Below are positions 18,518-28,184 of a stretch of 64,000 nt of DNA, in pieces. How positions within the stretch are numbered: the first letter of the stretch is position 1; each line of letters starts with the position of its first letter. The notes under the pieces are model-generated. The model had not been told where the DNA came from, did not search any database, and worked only from the letters and a program-made list of their open reading frames with translations. This stretch comes from Candidatus Latescibacterota bacterium (GTDB lineage: Bacteria > Latescibacterota > UBA2968 > GCA-2709665), in NCBI GenBank assembly GCA_965222075.1, contig OZ244937.1, forward strand, positions 5,056,001-5,120,000, given 5' to 3'. Both the position numbers and the translations under genes were made by a program.

Positions 18518-20485
18518 ATGGCCCTCAGGTCCGAGCGAATTATAGAGGACACACCGGAGTCTGCGCGGGACGGCCTGACGCTCCGGGCCCTCCTGATCGG
18601 CCTTGCGCTGTGCGCGTTTCTCGGGGTGGCCCTGCCCTATAATTTGATGGTGATCCAGGGATCCCTGCTCAATTTCTATTTTATCGACCGGGGGGCGCTG
18701 TTCCTCTTCTTCTGCCTGGTTTTGGTGGTCAATCCGCTGCTGGGCTGGATGAAACGCCGCTGGGTGCTGAAGCGTGGGGAACTGCTGGCCATCTACGCGA
18801 TGTTCCTGTTTCTGCTGCCCGCCTCGGGGATGGTCAGACCTGTGATCGCCTACCTGACGGGGGTCACCTATTATGCGTCTCCCGAGAGGCGGGATTTAGA
18901 GGCGGTGCTGCCCCATATCCTGCCCTGGACGGCCCCTCAGGACGCGGAGGTGGTGCGGGGGCTTTACGAGGGGCTGCCGGAGGGAGTTCCTCCGCCGTGG
19001 GAGGCCTGGATCGTACCTCTGGTGAGCTGGGGGGCGTTCCTGATGGTGCTGTGGGGGGTGCTGATCTGCTTGGCGATGATCTTTCGCAGGCAGTGGGTGG
19101 AGCACGAGCGTTTCGCCTTCCCGATAATGCAGGTGCCCTTAGAGATGGGGGAGACCGGAGAGGGAAAGGTCGGGCCGCTGTTCAAGAGCTGGACGATGTG
19201 GGCGGGGTTTGCCATTCCGTTCGTGATCGGCTCCATCAAGGGGTTGCATACCTATTACCATACGATCCCCGATATCAGCCTGTACACACAGATTTGGATT
19301 TTCCGGCAAACAACGGTTGTACCGATTAGGATCCACTTTGCAATCATCGGATACGCCTATTTTGTGAATACGGACGTGAGCCTGAGCGTCTGGCTGTTCA
19401 ACGTGATCTCGAAGGTCATCCGGGGGGTGCTGGCCATTCTGGGCGCGGAGCAGGCCGATGTGTCCGGCACGGTGGGGCGGTTCAGTTCCCGGGGCTCGGC
19501 GTTTCTGGCGCTGACGGGGATGGGGTATATGCTGGCCTTGGCGGGTTACAGCCTGTGGGTGGCGCGGGGGCACCTGCGTGAGGTGTGGGCCAGGGCGATG
19601 GGGAGGCCGTCGGGAGCGGACGATTCGGGGGAGGCGATCCCCTACCGGACGGCGCTGATCGGCATCGGGGTCGGGACGCTGTACCTGGGGTGCTGGCTCT
19701 ACCAGGCGGGGATGTCCCCGCCGCTGATTCTGTTTCTGTTTTTCTCTGCCTTTGTGGTGTTCCTGGTGATGGCCCGGATTGCCAGCGAGACGGGTTTTGC
19801 AGCTCCCTATTCTCCGCTGAATCCGGCGGAGTTCGTGGTGTGCGCAACCGGGTCCTCGGCGTTCAGCCCGCCCGGGCTGGTGACGCTCGGGTTCAATTAC
19901 ACGTGGACGATCACGCGGATCAATAATGTGATGGCCCGCGGGCTGGGGGCACTGTGGCTGTCTAAGGAGATCGGGCAGAAGCGGCGGCTGGTATGGGCGA
20001 TGGGAGCGGCGCTGGCCGTGGGGTTGGCCGCTACGGGCTATATGACATTGAAGCTGGGCTACACGTACGGCGGCCTCAACCTGGACCGGTTTTTCCTGGA
20101 CTACGCCATCGTTCCTTTCGACGTGTTCGTGGGGCGACGGATGCTGGAGCCCAGTCCGGTCTTCACCAGGGGGTTTCTCTACACGGCGATGGGGGTGGGG
20201 ATTGCGAGCCTGCTGATGGTTGTGCGGGCGCGATTTACCCGGTGGCCCCTGCACCCTGTGGCGCTCCCGATCAGTACGATCTGGTTTACGGATGTTTTCT
20301 TCTTCAGCGTATTTCTCGCCTGGGCGATCAAGGCGGTGGTGCTGAAGTTCGGAGGCGCGGCGTTCTATAGGAGGACGCGGCCGTTTTTCATCGGGATCGT
20401 CCTGGGGGAAACGGTGTGCGCGGGTGGGTGGAGCGTTGTGGACTATTTTACCGGTATGATCGGGAATGCGATCTATCCTGAATAG
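18518..20485 (+). CDS. OPT-like polytopic membrane protein (DUF6785/DUF6784-type putative transporter)
   Basis: GLTLRALLIG, IFRRQWVEHERFAFP, WPLHPVAL; paralog of 16259 and 54036. Confidence 0.78.
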   Translation: MALRSERIIEDTPESARDGLTLRALLIGLALCAFLGVALPYNLMVIQGSLLNFYFIDRGALFLFFCLVLVVNPLLGWMKRRWVLKRGELLAIYAMFLFLLPASGMVRPVIAYLTGVTYYASPERRDLEAVLPHILPWTAPQDAEVVRGLYEGLPEGVPPPWEAWIVPLVSWGAFLMVLWGVLICLAMIFRRQWVEHERFAFPIMQVPLEMGETGEGKVGPLFKSWTMWAGFAIPFVIGSIKGLHTYYHTIPDISLYTQIWIFRQTTVVPIRIHFAIIGYAYFVNTDVSLSVWLFNVISKVIRGVLAILGAEQADVSGTVGRFSSRGSAFLALTGMGYMLALAGYSLWVARGHLREVWARAMGRPSGADDSGEAIPYRTALIGIGVGTLYLGCWLYQAGMSPPLILFLFFSAFVVFLVMARIASETGFAAPYSPLNPAEFVVCATGSSAFSPPGLVTLGFNYTWTITRINNVMARGLGALWLSKEIGQKRRLVWAMGAALAVGLAATGYMTLKLGYTYGGLNLDRFFLDYAIVPFDVFVGRRMLEPSPVFTRGFLYTAMGVGIASLLMVVRARFTRWPLHPVALPISTIWFTDVFFFSVFLAWAIKAVVLKFGGAAFYRRTRPFFIGIVLGETVCAGGWSVVDYFTGMIGNAIYPE

Positions 20486-20486
20486 G

Positions 20487-20514
20487 GGACGATGGACGAC
20501 GGACCATGGACCAC
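20487..20514 (+). repeat. Four degenerate heptamer repeats
   Basis: GGACGAT GGACGAC GGACCAT GGACCAC directly after a stop codon. Confidence 0.6.
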
Positions 20515-20537
20515 ACTCTGAGAAAGGAACGCTCAAG

Positions 20538-21452
20538 ATGACCCCCAGATTCATTCCCAAGACAGACCTGCAGGTTTCCCCCATCTGCCTGGGCACCATG
20601 ACGTTCGGTACGCCGGTTGGGGAGGCAGAGGCCATTCCCATTGTTCACCGGGCGCTGGAGAACGGCGTTAACTTCATCGACACGGCGAATATGTACGAAG
20701 GCTACACCCGGCAGATCGGCTCGCGCGGCGAGGTGTCCGAGGCGATTCTGGGTGAGGCGCTGAAGGATCGGCGTGAGCGGGCCGTTGTTGCGACCAAGGT
20801 GGGCATGAAAATCGGACCGAACCCGGACGATGAGGGGCTGAGCCGCGCGCATGTCCTGCGCGAATGCGACCGAAGCCTGGACCGGCTGCAGACCGACTGG
20901 ATCGATCTCTACTATATGCATACGACCGATCCGGATACGCCGCTGGAGGAGTCCATCGGCGCTTTTATGGACCTCATCGCGTCGGGCAAGGTGCGTCACT
21001 GGGGGATTTCCAACTACGATGCCGGCCAGACCCGGGAGGTGCTGGAGACCTGCGATGTGAACGGCTGGCAGCGTCCCGTGGCGCATCAACCCCCATACAG
21101 TCTGCTCAAGCGCGATATCGAGAAGGATCTGCTTCCCCTCTGCCGTGCGGAAGAGATCGCCGTGGTACCCTACCAGGTCCTGCAGGGCGGTCTGCTGACC
21201 GGCAAGTACCGGGATGCGTCTTCGCCGCCTGAAGGCTCGCGCGGCAGGGAGCAACCCGGCTGGATTCCCCTGTTGAACGATCCTGCCGCGCAGAAGGAGA
21301 TCGCCGTCCTGACCGAAAAGGCGGGCAAAGAGGGCCTGAGCCTGTTTGATTACACGATCCGGACCACTGTTGAGACGCCGGGGATTACGAGTGTTATTCT
21401 GGGGGTGAAGGACGCCCGACAGATTGAAGCGGCCGTGCGTGCCCTGGAATGA
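20538..21452 (+). CDS. Aldo/keto reductase
   Basis: LGTMTFG, FIDTANMY, VATKVG, LQTDWIDLYYMH, GKVRHWGISN. Confidence 0.93.
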   Translation: MTPRFIPKTDLQVSPICLGTMTFGTPVGEAEAIPIVHRALENGVNFIDTANMYEGYTRQIGSRGEVSEAILGEALKDRRERAVVATKVGMKIGPNPDDEGLSRAHVLRECDRSLDRLQTDWIDLYYMHTTDPDTPLEESIGAFMDLIASGKVRHWGISNYDAGQTREVLETCDVNGWQRPVAHQPPYSLLKRDIEKDLLPLCRAEEIAVVPYQVLQGGLLTGKYRDASSPPEGSRGREQPGWIPLLNDPAAQKEIAVLTEKAGKEGLSLFDYTIRTTVETPGITSVILGVKDARQIEAAVRALE

Positions 21453-21544
21453 GGCCGGAAGCTGGCCGTGGGCGCCCGGGGCATCGGCTGTTGCTGTGGG
21501 ACAGGCCTCGCTGCGCTCTGGCCCATTATCAAAGGAGATGGCAA

Positions 21545-23584
21545 ATGAGCCAAACAAAGCGCCGACTCCGCAGGACCGCCCTGCTGTGCTTTCCGAACCC
21601 TTCGCTGAGCGAGTCTGCGGTTGATGAGGTCCTGGCCGGGGGGTTCACCGATGTGGGCGTTGGGGTGGGGTTCGAGAATATCATCGAGAACCAGGGATTC
21701 AGTCTCGAGCAGACGGAACAACTCGCCGGTATGTGTGAGCAGCGTGGCCTGGGGCTGGTGGTCTTTACCTGTTATGAGACCTATTTTCCCGAGCATCTGG
21801 TGCTGGACGATCCGAAGCGCCTGATGGTTACCAGCGACGGCGAACAGCTCTTCAAGCCCTATCAGGAGCTGCCGGACCGGGTTACGTTCGAGGAGGTTGG
21901 CGAGCTCGGGCTTTGTCCATTCCGTCCGGAAAACAAGGCGTTCTACAAGGAATTGCTGCTGGCGGTCTGCGAGTGGCCGGCCACGTGCGAGATCCACGTC
22001 AACGACGAAGCGAGCCTGGGCTGGTTTGGAAACTGGTTGATGGCCTGCTACTGCGACGTCTGCCAGGCACAGTTTAAGGAGAAGACGGGGTCCGACCCAC
22101 CCGTGAAACGGGATTGGGAGGATGCGCTGTGGTGGGCCTGGCTGGAGCACCGGTTCGAGAACTGGAATGCGGTTCACGCCGAGTTTCGAAGTGCGATCAA
22201 GCAGGTGCGGCCGGATATTGTGGTGGGCCAGCAACACAGCCCGGCGATTCCGGAGCGAATGTACAATGCGTGGCTCTACGGGATCAACCTGGCGCGGCAG
22301 GCGACCACCCTGGACGTGATCTGTACCGATCCGTACCACTACAACCACGCCAAGGAGTTTTTCCACCGGCCGCACCGGCGGGTTCTGACGGAGGGGACAC
22401 GCAGCCTGATGGGGGCCGCGTACGACCGGCAGGCGGATATTTATACCCAGGGGTTCATGCCGCTCACCCAGGCCGTGCCGATGGGGCGTCAGGACGGGCT
22501 GCTGGAGGCGGTCGTGCCCTTTGCGCTGGGCGCGGATATGGTTGTACCGTATACTTATGAGTTGATGAAGATTATCCCGGGATTTTTCGAGGGATTCCAG
22601 GAGGCCCGGAAGCTGATTGACGTCTTTGAGTCCCACCGGCCGTATGCCTATGCGACCACTGTGATGCCGCACCAGTCGGAGGTGACCGGCCACTACGACA
22701 GCCACTGGGGATCCGAGCACCTGTTGAATGTGGTGAACCTCATGTATCAGACGGGTGTTCCGTGGCGGTGGTTCTGGGACGGCCGGCTGGAGGATGCGGC
22801 CGGACACCTGAGCGGTCCCCTGGTCCTGCCGGAGGTGCACTGTCTGACAGAGGGACAGCTCCAAAAGGTCCGCGAGGTGGGTGGCGAGGGACTGGTCTGG
22901 ATCGGCAATGTGCCGCAGGCGCCCTGGGCGGGAAGTGGTCCGTGCAGGCTGCCGGCGGCGATCGAGTACGGGGTCTTCGAGGTGGCACTGGAGGACCATC
23001 CGCTTACATCGGGTCTGACGGATCCGTTCGTGCTCTGCAGCCGGGTGGACCATTCCGGACCTGAGGGCGAGGTGATCGGCAGGGTTGAGGGCCGCCCGGC
23101 GCTGGTGCTGGTGGAGGTGGAGGGGCGGCGCGAGGTCTGGATCGCCGGCACACCGATCCGGGACTATTCCGGCAGCAGGGTCTTCCGATTCAACCAGCCC
23201 ACCTGCAGCATCGAACTCTTCCGGCGGTTGATCCTGTGGGCTGGTCAAGCCCGACCGCTGGCACATATGCATCCCTATCCCCCTGCCAATGACTATTCGA
23301 CGCTCCGTCCGAGCGACCGTCGTACGAATCCCCCCGTGGAACTTCTGCCGATGGTGGGTGAGGATTCTCTTCTCGCGGTCATCTTCCCCTACACTCCGGT
23401 GAGGTGCGAGACGGGCCTGGCGATCCATCTGCCCGAGGGAGCGGCCCTGCGCAGCGTCGTGGACCTCTGGTCGGGCAGGGACTGGACCGACCGCGTGGAG
23501 GCAGGTGAGGAGGGCGCGCTCCGCATCCCGCTGGAGATCCCGGGCGATCTGGAGTTGCTGGCGCTACTGATCAGCTACGCTTGA
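21545..23584 (+). CDS. GH42-like/clan GH-A glycoside hydrolase-like protein, copy 1
   Basis: TIM-barrel pattern with HVNDE and CYCDVC, followed by a trimerisation-like domain; RBS AAAGGAG; no signal peptide. Confidence 0.6.
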   Translation: MSQTKRRLRRTALLCFPNPSLSESAVDEVLAGGFTDVGVGVGFENIIENQGFSLEQTEQLAGMCEQRGLGLVVFTCYETYFPEHLVLDDPKRLMVTSDGEQLFKPYQELPDRVTFEEVGELGLCPFRPENKAFYKELLLAVCEWPATCEIHVNDEASLGWFGNWLMACYCDVCQAQFKEKTGSDPPVKRDWEDALWWAWLEHRFENWNAVHAEFRSAIKQVRPDIVVGQQHSPAIPERMYNAWLYGINLARQATTLDVICTDPYHYNHAKEFFHRPHRRVLTEGTRSLMGAAYDRQADIYTQGFMPLTQAVPMGRQDGLLEAVVPFALGADMVVPYTYELMKIIPGFFEGFQEARKLIDVFESHRPYAYATTVMPHQSEVTGHYDSHWGSEHLLNVVNLMYQTGVPWRWFWDGRLEDAAGHLSGPLVLPEVHCLTEGQLQKVREVGGEGLVWIGNVPQAPWAGSGPCRLPAAIEYGVFEVALEDHPLTSGLTDPFVLCSRVDHSGPEGEVIGRVEGRPALVLVEVEGRREVWIAGTPIRDYSGSRVFRFNQPTCSIELFRRLILWAGQARPLAHMHPYPPANDYSTLRPSDRRTNPPVELLPMVGEDSLLAVIFPYTPVRCETGLAIHLPEGAALRSVVDLWSGRDWTDRVEAGEEGALRIPLEIPGDLELLALLISYA

Positions 23585-23645
23585 CCTCAATATCGAACCG
23601 AACTCTCGCTGTAAAGGACCGACTCACCCCGAAAGGAGATCACAG

Positions 23646-25691
23646 ATGAGCGAGGCTAAGCGCCGACTCCGCAGGACCGCACTGCTGTGTTTTTCGAAAT
23701 TTTCGCTGAGCGAGTCTGCTATCGATGAGATCTCAGCCGGAGGGTTCACCGACGTGGGTATTTACGTGGTGCCCGAAAAATGGGCGACGGACTATGGATT
23801 CACGCTGGAGGAGACGGCACGAGTTGCCGGTATGTGCGAGCAGCGAGGCCTGGGCCTTGTGATCTTAACCACCTATGAGACCTATTTTCCTGAGCCTTTG
23901 GTGCTCGACAATCCGAAGCGTCTGATGGTTACCAGCGACGGCGAACAGCTCTTCAAGCCCTATCAGGAGCTGCCGGACCGGGTTACGTTCGAGGAGGTTG
24001 GCGAGCTCGGGCTTTGTCCATTCCGTCCGGAAAACAAGGCGTTCTACAAGGAATTGCTGCTGGCGGTCTGCGAGTGGCCGGCCACGTGCGAGATCCACGT
24101 GAACGACGAAGCGAGCCTGGGCTGGTTTGGAAACTGGTTGATGGCCTGCTACTGCGACGTCTGCCAGGCACAGTTTAAGGAGAAGACGGGGTCCGACCCA
24201 CCCGTGAAACGGGATTGGGAGGATGCGCTGTGGTGGGCCTGGCTGGAGCACCGGTTCGAGAACTGGAATGCGGTTCACACCGAGTTTCGAAGTGCGATCA
24301 AGCAGGTGCGGCCGGACATTGTGGTGGGCCAGCAACACAGCCCGTCGATTCCGGAGCGAATGTACAATGCGTGGCTCTACGGGATCAACCTGGCCAGCCA
24401 GGCGACGACCCTGGATGTGGTCGGCACGGATCCGTATCACTACAACCACGCCAAGGAGTTTTTCCACCGGCCGCACCGGCGGATTCTGACGGAGGGGACG
24501 CGCAGCCTGATGGGGGCCGCGTACGACCGGCAGGTGGATATTTATACCCAGGGGTTCATGCCGCTCACCCAGGCCGTGCCGATGGGGCGTCAGGACGGGC
24601 TGCTGGAGGCGGTCGTGCCCTTTGCGCTGGGCGCGGATATGGTTGTACCGTATACTTATGAGTTGATGAAGATTATCCCGGGATTTTTCGAGGGATTCCA
24701 GGAGGCCCGGAAGCTGATTGACGTCTTTGAGTCCCACCGGCCGTATGCCTATGCGACCACTGTGATGCCGCACCAGTCGGAGGTGACCGGCCACTACGAC
24801 AGCCACTGGGGATCCGAGCACCTGTTGAATGTGGTGAACCTCATGTATCAGACGGGTGTTCCGTGGCGGTGGTTCTGGGACGGCCGGCTGGAGGATGCGG
24901 CCGGACACCTGAGCGGTCCCCTGGTCCTGCCGGAGGTGCACTGTCTGACAGAGGGACAGCTCCAAAAGGTCCGCGAGGTGGGTGGCGAGGGACTGGTCTG
25001 GATCGGCAATGTGCCGCAGGCGCCCTGGGCGGGAAGTGGTCCGTGCAGGCTGCCGGCGGCGATCGAGTACGGGGTCTTCGAGGTGGCACTGGAGGACCAT
25101 CCGCTTACATCGGGTCTGACGGATCCGTTCGTGCTCTGCAGCCGGGTGGACCATTCCGGACCTGAGGGCGAGGTGATCGGCAGGGTTGAGGGCCGCCCGG
25201 CGCTGGTGCTGGTGGAGGTGGAGGGGCGGCGCGAGGTCTGGATCGCCGGCACACCGATCCGGGACTATTCCGGCAGCAGGGTCTTCCGATTCAACCAGCC
25301 CACCTGCAGCATCGAACTCTTCCGGCGGTTGATCCTGTGGGCTGGTCAAGCCCGACCGCTGGCACATATGCATCCCTATCCCCCTGCCAATGACTATTCG
25401 ACGCTCCGTCCGAGCGACCGTCGTACGAATCCCCCCGTGGAACTTCTGCCGATGGTGGGTGAGGACTCTCTTCTCGCGGTCATCTTCCCCTACACCCCCG
25501 TGAGGTGCGAGACGGGCCTGGCGATTCATCTGCCCGAGGGAGCGGCCCTGCGCAGCGTCGTGGACCTCTGGTCGGGCAGGGACTGGACCGACCGCGTGGA
25601 GGCAGGTGAGGAGGGCGCGCTCCGCATCCCGCTGGAGATCCCGGGCGATCTGGAGTTGCTGGCGCTGTTGATTGGTTACGACAAAGAGTGA
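23646..25691 (+). CDS. GH42-like/clan GH-A glycoside hydrolase-like protein, copy 2 (tandem duplicate)
   Basis: Near-identical to 21545-23584 at a 2101-bp offset. Confidence 0.6.
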   Translation: MSEAKRRLRRTALLCFSKFSLSESAIDEISAGGFTDVGIYVVPEKWATDYGFTLEETARVAGMCEQRGLGLVILTTYETYFPEPLVLDNPKRLMVTSDGEQLFKPYQELPDRVTFEEVGELGLCPFRPENKAFYKELLLAVCEWPATCEIHVNDEASLGWFGNWLMACYCDVCQAQFKEKTGSDPPVKRDWEDALWWAWLEHRFENWNAVHTEFRSAIKQVRPDIVVGQQHSPSIPERMYNAWLYGINLASQATTLDVVGTDPYHYNHAKEFFHRPHRRILTEGTRSLMGAAYDRQVDIYTQGFMPLTQAVPMGRQDGLLEAVVPFALGADMVVPYTYELMKIIPGFFEGFQEARKLIDVFESHRPYAYATTVMPHQSEVTGHYDSHWGSEHLLNVVNLMYQTGVPWRWFWDGRLEDAAGHLSGPLVLPEVHCLTEGQLQKVREVGGEGLVWIGNVPQAPWAGSGPCRLPAAIEYGVFEVALEDHPLTSGLTDPFVLCSRVDHSGPEGEVIGRVEGRPALVLVEVEGRREVWIAGTPIRDYSGSRVFRFNQPTCSIELFRRLILWAGQARPLAHMHPYPPANDYSTLRPSDRRTNPPVELLPMVGEDSLLAVIFPYTPVRCETGLAIHLPEGAALRSVVDLWSGRDWTDRVEAGEEGALRIPLEIPGDLELLALLIGYDKE

Positions 25692-25705
25692 AAAAAGGAG
25701 AGACC

Positions 25706-28153
25706 ATGGTGCTGAAACTGAAGGTAAAAGATGCGGCGGTCAACTGCGTTACGCTGGATGTCGATCTGGAGGGCAACCCGGGGGCGCGGATTTACCGGTC
25801 TCGCCGGGCATCCGGGCCATACGAGGAGGTAGGTCTGGCCCGCGAACGAACCTATGTTGACTCGGCGGATCTTGAGCCAGGGAGGACCTATTTTTACCAC
25901 GCGGTGGCCTGGTCCAGCCAATGGGTCCATCCCGATTCGGAAGACCTGATGGGAGGCAGACCGGCCGAAGTGAAAGTCCCACGCGCACCGAAAGAGAGGT
26001 GGGTGACGCTGACCCGCAGGCGGCAGGAGTTCACGGTAAACATGGGCGGCTATCTGGACGAGTCTAATACGGTCACCAGGGGGCCGGAGGAATACTGCCC
26101 CGGATCGGGCCATATGAATCCGCCGTACGATCAGGCCTTTGAGCCGAACATGTATGTGGCGATTGAAAACGAGGGCGAGACGGATGTGGTGAACCCCTGG
26201 CTGGTGGCCAACGGTCAGCGGGACTGGTGGTCTGTAGAGACGACGGCAAGAGAGATTCTCAGATTTGCCGGAGAAAGGCGGGCGACGGCGACGGAGAAGG
26301 CGATGGCCATCTGGCAGTTTGTGGTGGATGAAGTCTACGACAGTAGAGCAGGTATGTCCTGGCTGGACAGTGTCGGCGATCCGGTGAAACTGGTCAACAG
26401 CTACGGGTTCGAAGGCTGCGTCGCGAATGCGATTGGGAGCCGCCGCCTGGCCGAAGCAATGGGGGTTGAGGCCCGGGAGGTCTGGTTGGGGGATCTGGCC
26501 TTTGTGGACGGCCACGGACGGGGCAGGTGCTGCGACCACGACATTTTTGAGGCTTTCACGGACGGGGCATGGCATTTTCTGGATACGGACCTGATGGTGT
26601 TTTTTCTCAACCGGGACAACAAGACGGTTGCGGGATCGGAGGATCTTTCCCGGGATATCGATCTGCTCCGCCGTTCGCACCGCAACCTGGGGCTGTGCGG
26701 CCGGGATATGCCGGAGAAGGTGTTCTACTACACCCATTTCCAGGAGCGGATGATCGTGTATCCGCCGAATAAGGGCAATTCCCTGTCAGGGCCGATCACG
26801 TACTCCGGGAAGCGGTTTCCCGTGCCCCATACGATGGCCGTTCGCCTGCGCCCGGGGGAGAAGCTGGTGCGGTACTGGGGCAATATTGGAAAGAACGTGG
26901 TGAGCGGGCCCAACCTGCATCCGGATGTCCGATTCTCGAACGGAAAGCTCGTCTACCGTCCGAAGCTGCGCGATCCCCTGGCCCTGAAGGGTATGGAAGG
27001 GACGAGAAATGTGAAGCAGGGGGCATCGCGGAGGTATCCCGCCCTGCATCCGGAGCGGACCGGAGAGGTTTCGGAGGTTGTCTGGAAGATTGCGTCGCCC
27101 TATCCGATACCCGGAGCACGGTTGGGCATCTCGTGTCGCCGTGAGACCCGCGAGGACGGTCTGGAGTTGCTGATTTCAAAGGATGGTCGAAGCTGGCGAT
27201 CCTTCTGGATACCCGGCGCAATCAGGAGCGGTGAGAAGACACGTATGGGGAGCCGGGTGGACGATTGCGTGGAGCTGGACTCGTATTTCAGAACCGGGGA
27301 AAGGGTGAATCAGGACTGGGGGGATGGGCCATGCTATACGTACTATATCAAGGTGGCGATGTGGGCCACGTCACGTCCCGAGGCCGTTGGGCTGGACGCG
27401 ATCCGGTTCGATACGGATATCCAGTGTTCCACACGGTCGCTTCCGTCGCTGTTCTGCGGGAAGAACAAGATCGCATACCGGGACGACAATCGCGGAGGCC
27501 GGAAGGTGCGGGTGACGTACGGCTGGCAGGAGGAACGTTCGATCAGGCCTCCCGGGGCGCCGGAGCCGGTGTATCCCGGGGATGGGGCGGACGTGAACCG
27601 GCTGGATTTCGAGTTCAGGTGGAAACGTTCGAATGGGGGCAGTGCGCGGGTGGACGATTACCATGTGCAGGTGAGCCGGTACGCGGATTTCCGGTGGTGC
27701 GTCTGCCCGACGTTCGACCGGTATGTGGGGAGGACGAAGTATGCTGGAAAGACGCGGTGGCAACCGGAGTTTCCGAATCTGTTGAATCCGGATGAGCGGT
27801 ATTACTGGCGCGTGCGGGCGCGGAATGCGAAGGGGGTATGGGGGAAGTGGAGCGAGGGGCGGTCGTTCGTTCCGCACGGTCCGAGGCTGCCTCTGGAACT
27901 TGAGGTGAGGCGCACGGGCAGAGGTAGCGTATTGGCCTGGAAAGCGAATCCGGAGGGAAACCGTGCGGTGAAATACCGGGTATACGGTTCGATGGAGACC
28001 GGAGGGTTCCCTGCTGGCCGGGAGAATTTTCTGGGAGAGGTTGAGGAGCCGGTCTGGCCGCTGAATGGAGGCAAGAAGGGGATGTCGTATCGTGTGGTGA
28101 CCGTGGACGCCAGAGGTGTGCCGAGCACGCCGTCGGAGCACGTGGAATTCTGA
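25706..28153 (+). CDS. FN3-flanked transglutaminase-like domain protein
   Basis: GFEGC..DHDIFE..WHFLDTD gives a putative Cys-His-Asp triad; FN3 motifs LEPGRTYFY and LNPDERYYWRVRA. Confidence 0.6.
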   Translation: MVLKLKVKDAAVNCVTLDVDLEGNPGARIYRSRRASGPYEEVGLARERTYVDSADLEPGRTYFYHAVAWSSQWVHPDSEDLMGGRPAEVKVPRAPKERWVTLTRRRQEFTVNMGGYLDESNTVTRGPEEYCPGSGHMNPPYDQAFEPNMYVAIENEGETDVVNPWLVANGQRDWWSVETTAREILRFAGERRATATEKAMAIWQFVVDEVYDSRAGMSWLDSVGDPVKLVNSYGFEGCVANAIGSRRLAEAMGVEAREVWLGDLAFVDGHGRGRCCDHDIFEAFTDGAWHFLDTDLMVFFLNRDNKTVAGSEDLSRDIDLLRRSHRNLGLCGRDMPEKVFYYTHFQERMIVYPPNKGNSLSGPITYSGKRFPVPHTMAVRLRPGEKLVRYWGNIGKNVVSGPNLHPDVRFSNGKLVYRPKLRDPLALKGMEGTRNVKQGASRRYPALHPERTGEVSEVVWKIASPYPIPGARLGISCRRETREDGLELLISKDGRSWRSFWIPGAIRSGEKTRMGSRVDDCVELDSYFRTGERVNQDWGDGPCYTYYIKVAMWATSRPEAVGLDAIRFDTDIQCSTRSLPSLFCGKNKIAYRDDNRGGRKVRVTYGWQEERSIRPPGAPEPVYPGDGADVNRLDFEFRWKRSNGGSARVDDYHVQVSRYADFRWCVCPTFDRYVGRTKYAGKTRWQPEFPNLLNPDERYYWRVRARNAKGVWGKWSEGRSFVPHGPRLPLELEVRRTGRGSVLAWKANPEGNRAVKYRVYGSMETGGFPAGRENFLGEVEEPVWPLNGGKKGMSYRVVTVDARGVPSTPSEHVEF

Positions 28154-28184
28154 AGGTCAAGGACGATAAACCGGAGCAGTCTCC

